From a virus: a stretch of DNA of 64,000 bases. Shown here piece after piece: positions 57,736 to 64,000 of this stretch. Below the pieces are notes generated by a model. The model was not told the DNA's origin. It searched no databases and was given only the letters and a program-made list of their open reading frames with translations. The stretch lies in IMG/VR virus record IMGVR_UViG_3300024294_000597. One strand, 5' to 3'. Within the stretch, counting starts at the first letter, position 1, and the number at the start of each line of letters is the position of its first letter. A program made the translations under genes and the position numbers.

Positions 57736-58998
57736 TTAGTCAAAATAATTTTGCATTCCGCCTTCTCTGACAGTATCAACTGTTAAGCAATGCAGTCCTG
57801 CATCCCAAAAGTTTCTATGTCTAAATCGGCAATATACAGGTTCGATATTGTGCTGTTTTAATTTGTCATTTACTTCCTTCTGATAATTCATTGATAATAT
57901 TACGTTAGGTGAAACGCTTAACATATTCACTTCAAATATTGATTCTTCTGCTAGGCCTACCCATTTGGATAGCCATGAATTTACATATTTAGAAAAATCA
58001 GGATTAGCATCACTTTCAGGATGCCACCATCTTCCTGCATTTTGTTTCTTTTGATGTCCCCAACCTTTACCAAAATCATCAGTCATTATTGCTGGGTTTT
58101 CTATAGTCATTATATCCCATCCAGGAAAAGTTTTAGCAAATATATTTTTATCTACCCATGGCGCACAAATTACTAACCCCGGTTTAGGTGTGCAAAATGT
58201 ACCATCGTTGTGTCCGCCAATTGCTACAGTTGGTGTTTTAAATTGTGGATACATATGGCCTAAAATAATATTTAAGTTTTGCACATCTTCCGTATCTACG
58301 ATTAATCTATCTCCGCATCTTGTGACAGTAGGTGCCCAAAACTGTTGTGTGTTTGCTCTGTATCTTTCAAACATGTCTCCTTCGCTTTCTGCTATAACTT
58401 TTCTTTTATAACCTTGTGCGTCAAGCCATTCAACAGGAAGTCCATTTTCTTCCATATTTTGTATTGATGGTCGCAACTCTCCTATCTTGTTTTTTCCAAC
58501 ACTCAATCTTGTATCTAAAACCTTAGGGTCAATCAGCGCCTGTCCGCCTTCTTGTAGTTGTTCTATTTGATTAAATCCGTTTGTATATAGAAGTTTATCT
58601 CCCATCGATATAAAAAAATCTCTAGGCGATAAGCAAGGTTTAGGAATACCATGTCCGCCAAACCGGGCTTTCCTAGTCATACCTGAACAATGTTTAGCAT
58701 GTGCAACCCATTCCATAACTGTTTTAAAGTCTGAAACATTTGCTTCTCCTTCTGCTAAATCTGATAACATTGTCATATTTGCAGGAGTTCTAATAACATC
58801 TATTCCCATATCTTCCATGGTTTTTTGAATGCCATCTAAATCTTCATGGGTCTCGTAAAGTATCTGTTGTACTAAGTCCCGAGTTTTTGTATCAGGCAAA
58901 TCTTCAAAAAATTCAGGTTCAAATACATTACCTAATATAACTTGTTTTAATGGATCCCAACCATTATAAGAATTAATTTTGTTTACTCTATAATTCAT
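57736..58998 (-). CDS. Amidinotransferase (glycine/inosamine-phosphate amidinotransferase-like)
   Basis: NSYNGWDPLKQVILG, SPRD, GHND, GLHCLT catalytic Cys; start at MNYRV. Confidence 0.85.
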   Translation of the reverse strand: MNYRVNKINSYNGWDPLKQVILGNVFEPEFFEDLPDTKTRDLVQQILYETHEDLDGIQKTMEDMGIDVIRTPANMTMLSDLAEGEANVSDFKTVMEWVAHAKHCSGMTRKARFGGHGIPKPCLSPRDFFISMGDKLLYTNGFNQIEQLQEGGQALIDPKVLDTRLSVGKNKIGELRPSIQNMEENGLPVEWLDAQGYKRKVIAESEGDMFERYRANTQQFWAPTVTRCGDRLIVDTEDVQNLNIILGHMYPQFKTPTVAIGGHNDGTFCTPKPGLVICAPWVDKNIFAKTFPGWDIMTIENPAIMTDDFGKGWGHQKKQNAGRWWHPESDANPDFSKYVNSWLSKWVGLAEESIFEVNMLSVSPNVILSMNYQKEVNDKLKQHNIEPVYCRFRHRNFWDAGLHCLTVDTVREGGMQNYFD

Positions 58999-59320
58999 CT
59001 GGAAAATCTCTGTATAAAAAATGTTGTATTGTTTCAACATCTACCATGTGATTAAATCCGTGATGTTCATTTTCTATATTTTCTTCATTTCGTAGTACAC
59101 CAGTCATTGCGTTATCAAGCTGTTGCATGTTTTTGAATTCCATATCGATACGAAATTCAGGTAAGTCCATAGAACGAAATCCTAATTTCATTCGTGTAAG
59201 TCTGTAGCTTTCCATATGCCCTAGTTCTACCATCTTGTCTAAAAATAATTTCATTTTTTTAGCAAAATGATGAGCATCTATTTTTGCATTATGGTCAGCA
59301 TAGATTGTATATACATCCAT
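58988..59320 (-). CDS. Small alpha/beta protein resembling an alphaproteobacterial DUF
   Basis: YRLTRMKLGF...LPEF...EFKNMQQLD. Confidence 0.55.
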   Translation of the reverse strand: MDVYTIYADHNAKIDAHHFAKKMKLFLDKMVELGHMESYRLTRMKLGFRSMDLPEFRIDMEFKNMQQLDNAMTGVLRNEENIENEHHGFNHMVDVETIQHFLYRDFPDEL

Positions 59321-59745
59321 TAAATTGGTCCTAATATCTCAAAGCCTTTGATTTGTTTTTTATAGGTATGTGCTTCGCCTAAATACAAATACTTATAGCC
59401 TTTATCTTTATATATTGCACATTCATTTCTTAAACTTTTTATACCTAAATGCAATTTAGGAGTTTCGTAATCCCAAGCAAACTGTAGTGCTTCAACGCTT
59501 TCATGGTCTTGTATCATAATACAACTGAATGCAACAAGTTTATCTTCTTCATCGTAGTATCCAATAATATCATTTTGCAAATAATCATTATCGAACATAG
59601 GCATTACACTTTTAAAACCTTTGTATCTACAATACTTTTTATATATTTCGTTAAGTTCAGGTATATTTGGATTTTTTAAAAATTTACAATTTAGCAAAAC
59701 AGAATAATTAGTTTGTTCTAAATCTATCCGGGCATAAGTTGTCAT
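59320..59745 (-). CDS. ATE/Bpt C-terminal-like (tRNA-dependent aminoacyl transferase) GNAT domain
   Basis: KLVAFS...FAWDY...LHLGIKSL..E...GYKYLYLG...YK. Confidence 0.6.
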   Translation of the reverse strand: MTTYARIDLEQTNYSVLLNCKFLKNPNIPELNEIYKKYCRYKGFKSVMPMFDNDYLQNDIIGYYDEEDKLVAFSCIMIQDHESVEALQFAWDYETPKLHLGIKSLRNECAIYKDKGYKYLYLGEAHTYKKQIKGFEILGPI

Positions 59746-59772
59746 ATTGTAACTCCTAGTTACATCTATTTA

Positions 59773-60255
59773 TTATTTCTGAAATCGCCATCTTACAACA
59801 TCATCATAGTTTTCTTTTGGCCAATTATCATAATACCCTTGGTTCTTTAAAATTTCACTTGCATTATTTAACTTCGATAGTCTTTGCACTAATACCAATA
59901 TGCATTTACCAAAATTCATTGATGCACCATTTAATATTTCTGGATCATTGGGATGGTCTTCTAGTGCTACTATATCCTTAGACATTGCAATATCATTAAA
60001 GTCTGTTACCATGGTTGAAAGTTCTTTTGGAGTCAAATCTTCTGTTGGACAATAAACAACAACAACCTCATATTTGTCATCCCAATTATCAACGAGAGAA
60101 TCAATCAGAGGTGATATAGTATGCTTTCCTACTGAGACATAATTGATTCTCTCTTTGAGCATGGCCTGTTTCGCAAAAGGACATGGCACTTGCCCAATCT
60201 GGTCATTGTGCGTTGACACAAATTCTTCAATCCATTTTTTAATTTCTGAAATCAA
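59773..60255 (-). CDS. DUF1415-like protein
   Basis: WIEEFV...PCPFAK; HP; LVQR. Confidence 0.6.
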   Translation of the reverse strand: MISEIKKWIEEFVSTHNDQIGQVPCPFAKQAMLKERINYVSVGKHTISPLIDSLVDNWDDKYEVVVVYCPTEDLTPKELSTMVTDFNDIAMSKDIVALEDHPNDPEILNGASMNFGKCILVLVQRLSKLNNASEILKNQGYYDNWPKENYDDVVRWRFQK

Positions 60256-60662
60256 AGGTCGCCCTCTTTGCGATTTTCTGAATAGTGAACGTCAAACTCA
60301 CCACCGGGATATCGTGCTTTTAGCTTTTCTACATTCTCTGCTAAAACTTCATTAGGGTCCAAACCCAATGCACGACAACTATTAACCCAATACCACATAA
60401 TATCACCAAGTTCTCGTTTAGCGTGAAAGATAGTCTCGCTATCAAGTGGTTTACCTTGAAATATACATTTTTTAACAATCTCTGCAAACTCTCCTCCTTC
60501 TGACGCAATACCAATTGCACCTGTCATAAGCAATGCCATATTGACACCTGTTTCTTTATCAAGGTTTTTAAGTGTAGAAGTTAGTGCATCTGTATTGCCT
60601 GACTGTTCGGATGTTACCTCTTGTACAAAATCTTTGTACTTGTTCAAGTCTACTTGTTTCAT
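60252..60662 (-). CDS. mazG: MazG-like nucleotide pyrophosphohydrolase
   Basis: EGGEFAEIVKK...RELGDIMWY...NVEKLKARYP. Confidence 0.9.
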   Translation of the reverse strand: MKQVDLNKYKDFVQEVTSEQSGNTDALTSTLKNLDKETGVNMALLMTGAIGIASEGGEFAEIVKKCIFQGKPLDSETIFHAKRELGDIMWYWVNSCRALGLDPNEVLAENVEKLKARYPGGEFDVHYSENRKEGDL

Positions 60663-60700
60663 TTTAATTCCTTTACTACTAGTATAAGATTTATTATATA

Positions 60701-63562
60701 CTATTCAGTATCAGAAGTCAATAACAAAGTGTCCCCGCCTATAGCTGTTGTGTTAATACTTATATGCTTTTCCCATACATATGGAGTTAAATAATTAGGT
60801 CCACCTGCTTTAGGACCTGTTCCACTTAAACCTGATCCACCAAATGGCTGTGTCTCTATGACTGCTCCGATTTGGTCTCTATTTACATAAACATTTCCTA
60901 CATTCAATGTCTTTGCAATATGTTCATAAAATCTATTAACACGTGAATGAACACTCAGTGTTAATCCAAATTTACTTTTGTTTATAAAATCTAATATCTC
61001 TGGTAACTCAGACTTTTCGTAAACATACACATGCAATACTGGGCCAAAGATTTCTTCATCAAAATATTTCTTATAATCTGATACAGTATATGCACATGGT
61101 GGGACAACTAGATTTGGTAAAGTTTTTCCATTACGTGATTTCATTGCAATAAGTTCTTCTGTTTCTTCCAGTACCCCAATACGTGCTTGAATACGTGAAT
61201 ATGCCGGTCCATCGATAACCCTAGATATATCTGTATTCAAATCATCTGCATGTCCAAGTGTCATTACTTTTATCTTTTGTGCTAACATGCGAATAACTTC
61301 CGCACTATTATCTTTTTGAACAAAGAGAAATCTGGTCGCACTGCATCGTTGTCCTGCACTATCAAATGCACCATATGTAACATCTTCTACTACTTGCTCT
61401 GGTAAACATGTTGAATCTGTTATCATACAGTTTATGCCACCTGTTTCTGCGATAAACGGTATAATGGGACCATCACGTTCTGCAATTAACCTTTGAATGG
61501 CTTTAGCACTACTATGAGAGCCTGTGAACGTTACACCCGCTATACGCTCATCTTTGACAGCCATAGACGCACTCTCAATGCTAGGGTCACACATACGCAA
61601 TGCATCTACTGGAATGCCAACATAATGCATACTTGCAATCGCAACCTTGGCAATCTCAACTGTCTGTGGTGCTGGTTTTGCCAGTACTGTGTTTCCTGTA
61701 ATCAATGCGGCTACTACTGGTCCTAAAAATATCGCATAAGGGAAGTTCCATGGGGCAATCACCATCCAAACTCCACGTGGATTAACTAATGTAGTATTAT
61801 GCTCTCCTGTATACCCCAACTTAACATCTACATTGTACATTTTTTCTGCCTGTTCAACATAGTATCTTATGAAGTCGATTGTTTCTCTTACTTCTGCTAT
61901 TGCGTTAGGATATGTTTTATAAGAATATTTTACAAGTCTATTTGCCGCACTAACCATTTCTGCTTCTATACTGTCTGCACATGCTAATAGTAATTTCTTT
62001 CTGTGTTCAAATGTTGTATTGGCCCATTGGGGCTGATAGTTTTCTAAAAGTGTTATCGTATCTTTTACTGAAATTACTTCTTCATCGTGTGGAGGATGCG
62101 TTGGCGAATCCAACATGTAATCAATCATTGCAGGATCTGATAGGTCGTAACCTTTGCTATTCTTTCTTCCAGGATATAATTGATCCCAAGTTTTTAATGA
62201 TGTTTTTTTCTTTTTGACTTCTATAAATGGGTCAGTCACTTCTAAGCTATATACAAAACTAGTGTTTGCCCCATTTTCTAATAATCGTCTTATTAGGTAT
62301 GCAAGTAAATCTTTGTACTCTCCTACCGGAGCATAAATTCTAATTTTATGATTTGATGTTTTTCTTATGTAATCAAATAAACTATTTCCCATACCAAACA
62401 ATTTTTGAAATTCAAAGTCTTCATTGCAATCATTACAGTTTTTTAATGCATGAATAATTGCTGATACAGTATATGGATTATGTGTTGCAAATGCACTTTT
62501 TAAATTTTTAGATTGTACTAATTTTCTAGCACATGCTAGATAAGATATGTCCGTATTTTCTTTTCTAGTAAATACTGGGTATTCTAGTCCATCTTGTTGA
62601 GCGTATTTTATCTCAGTATCCCAATATGCACCTTTAACGAGCCGTATAACTACCCTTGTGTCGTTATGCTCTGCTATTGTCTGTAAGGTATTAATAGTCC
62701 AAAATGCACGTTTCTGATAAGCCTGTAGAGCAAATCCAACAGTATCATTTTTAAATTTATAAGTTGTTAATAATTCTTCTAATACCATAATACTAATATC
62801 TAGTCTACGTGCCTCTTCTGCATCGATAAACATAGTAGTATTGTTTTCTTCGCATACTCTAGCTATAGCGGCTAATTTAGGTACTAGTGTGTGTAAAACA
62901 TCTATGTGGTTCTTTAATTCGTATCTAGGGTGTATTGCGGACAGTTTTATAGATATAGACTCTTTTGATTTTGTTGCCGCCTCAAGATATCTTTCATAAT
63001 ATAAATTCGCATCTTCCCAATTTGTTGCGGCTTCGCCCAACATATCAAACGAATAAGTGTATCCAGGTTTTTTCTTTTTGATTGCAGTATCAATACTATT
63101 GCCCATAACAAATAATGTGCCCATATGTTTTACCATAGATTTTGTTATTTTTCTTACCGTTGGCCAGCCAAGCCTAGCAACTATGCCTTCATATGCAGAA
63201 AGTTGTTGTGCCTGCGTCAAAGCGGTGCTGGCAACTTTAGAATAAAAACTATTATTTGCTAAGTTATTCCATTGAGCGTTTGATAACTTATCTTTTATAA
63301 GTTCATCCTGCGTATCACTATCTGGTGTTCGTAAAAGAGATTCACAAAGGGTCATAAGTGCCATACCTTCAGGTGCACTCATATCATATGACTTCATAAT
63401 TTGAGTCAGGTAATGTTCTTCGGTAAGTTTAGATTGAATTTGTTTGGCATCAGTCATAATAGACTGACGGTCTTTACTAGATAAACGACACGCAATTAAT
63501 AGTTTTTCAACTATATCTAATTCGTTTTTTCTATAATAGTCATTATGTGGATAACACTTCAT
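60701..63562 (-). CDS. putA: Bifunctional proline dehydrogenase / glutamate semialdehyde dehydrogenase PutA
   Basis: SFDMLGE, IDAEE, RLVKGAYWD, FATHN, YLIRRLLENGAN; PWNFP, ETGG, SAGQRCSA, EIFGP; no RHH domain. Confidence 0.95.
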   Translation of the reverse strand: MKCYPHNDYYRKNELDIVEKLLIACRLSSKDRQSIMTDAKQIQSKLTEEHYLTQIMKSYDMSAPEGMALMTLCESLLRTPDSDTQDELIKDKLSNAQWNNLANNSFYSKVASTALTQAQQLSAYEGIVARLGWPTVRKITKSMVKHMGTLFVMGNSIDTAIKKKKPGYTYSFDMLGEAATNWEDANLYYERYLEAATKSKESISIKLSAIHPRYELKNHIDVLHTLVPKLAAIARVCEENNTTMFIDAEEARRLDISIMVLEELLTTYKFKNDTVGFALQAYQKRAFWTINTLQTIAEHNDTRVVIRLVKGAYWDTEIKYAQQDGLEYPVFTRKENTDISYLACARKLVQSKNLKSAFATHNPYTVSAIIHALKNCNDCNEDFEFQKLFGMGNSLFDYIRKTSNHKIRIYAPVGEYKDLLAYLIRRLLENGANTSFVYSLEVTDPFIEVKKKKTSLKTWDQLYPGRKNSKGYDLSDPAMIDYMLDSPTHPPHDEEVISVKDTITLLENYQPQWANTTFEHRKKLLLACADSIEAEMVSAANRLVKYSYKTYPNAIAEVRETIDFIRYYVEQAEKMYNVDVKLGYTGEHNTTLVNPRGVWMVIAPWNFPYAIFLGPVVAALITGNTVLAKPAPQTVEIAKVAIASMHYVGIPVDALRMCDPSIESASMAVKDERIAGVTFTGSHSSAKAIQRLIAERDGPIIPFIAETGGINCMITDSTCLPEQVVEDVTYGAFDSAGQRCSATRFLFVQKDNSAEVIRMLAQKIKVMTLGHADDLNTDISRVIDGPAYSRIQARIGVLEETEELIAMKSRNGKTLPNLVVPPCAYTVSDYKKYFDEEIFGPVLHVYVYEKSELPEILDFINKSKFGLTLSVHSRVNRFYEHIAKTLNVGNVYVNRDQIGAVIETQPFGGSGLSGTGPKAGGPNYLTPYVWEKHISINTTAIGGDTLLLTSDTE

Positions 63563-63595
63563 TAAGTTCTCTTTGCTCTACTTATATATGTATTT

Positions 63596-63822
63596 ATCTA
63601 CCGCAACTGTAGTTTCAGTGGATTGCACTCGAAAGTGCAACCCTATATTCTGAATAGAAGACCTCTATGTTGCTGTTGCAATGCAAATCTCGGTTCGAAC
63701 CTTTTGCACCTCACAAATAGAAGGGACTTCGCAATAATTCAATATAATCGCTTACTTGCGATATACTTTTGGGTTGCGATAGTAAACTGTAAAACAGAGA
63801 ACTACTTGTATTTCCCATACAA
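63596..63822 (-). ncRNA. Candidate ~225-nt multibranch structured RNA
   Basis: After TAAATA; closing stem CTATCGCAAC/GTTGCGGTAG, UUCG-capped hairpin, long central arm; G-U pairs favour the minus strand. Confidence 0.6.
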
Positions 63823-63861
63823 ATATTTATTATTTTAGTCGATAATCGATTTAAAACAAGC

Positions 63862-63965
63862 AAAAAAAGACCCGATAGTATTGCTACTACCGGGTCAGTT
63901 GGCGAAGAGGACTAGAGAACGGTGCAGGGAGCACCGTACTAAAGTGCAGGCTAAAAGCCTGCATA
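63862..63965 (-). ncRNA. Candidate ~100-nt three-hairpin sRNA with intrinsic terminator
   Basis: TAAATA, then TGCAGGC/GCCTGCA, ACGGTGC-TCCCT-GCACCGT, GACCCGGTAGTA/TACTATCGGGTC followed by T7. Confidence 0.65.
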
Positions 63966-64000
63966 AGTATTTACTACAATTTGTGGTTTAGTTTACTTAC

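Noticed and set aside
63596-63790. Retron msr-msd or DGR template
   Set aside because: It has terminal inverted repeats, but no reverse transcriptase or adenine-variant repeat pair is in the window; cannot be excluded beyond the edge
63623-63838. 71-aa plus-strand ORF
   Set aside because: Non-ATG start, no RBS; it overlaps a strongly structured minus-strand element
1-64000. Bacterial chromosome, prophage or stop-codon recoding
   Set aside because: Host-like genes are interleaved with phage structural and replication genes and TAAATA promoters; no integrase; ORFs tile densely under code 11 and no suppressor tRNA is present

Overview
AT-rich segment of a large lytic dsDNA phage genome (jumbo, myovirus-like). 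Its host is most likely a marine alphaproteobacterium; this is inferred from pseudoazurin, PutA, ErpA/IscA, CAU-Ile tRNA style and GANTC-containing promoters. The window holds 11 tRNA genes, all on the minus strand. It also has virion fibre/structural genes (16-29 kb), ClpA, DnaJ, GroES, a spanin pair, IF-1, PhoH, a clamp loader, a DNA ligase, a DnaE fragment and MazG. Auxiliary genes include an SSS transporter, PutA, pseudoazurin-DoxX, ACP, Fe-S carriers and an amidinotransferase. Two promoter classes are visible: sigma70-type (TTGACA/TATAAT-like) and T4-late-like (TAAATA). The strongest candidates for undescribed biology are: (1) a sigma70 promoter class with an invariant CGAATC (CcrM GANTC / GcrA-type motif) at a fixed position in the spacer; (2) three TAAATA-preceded structured intergenic RNAs, one with anti-Shine-Dalgarno loops; (3) a MotA/ExbB + Asp-TM/YfaP-like + membrane protein triad; (4) a nine-gene tailoring operon (GNAT, minimal adenylation enzyme, atypical P-loop proteins, QueC-like, 2OG oxygenases); (5) a secreted cassette with 17 Cys-x9-Cys repeats. 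All calls come from reading motifs by eye; no database searches or folding programs were run.
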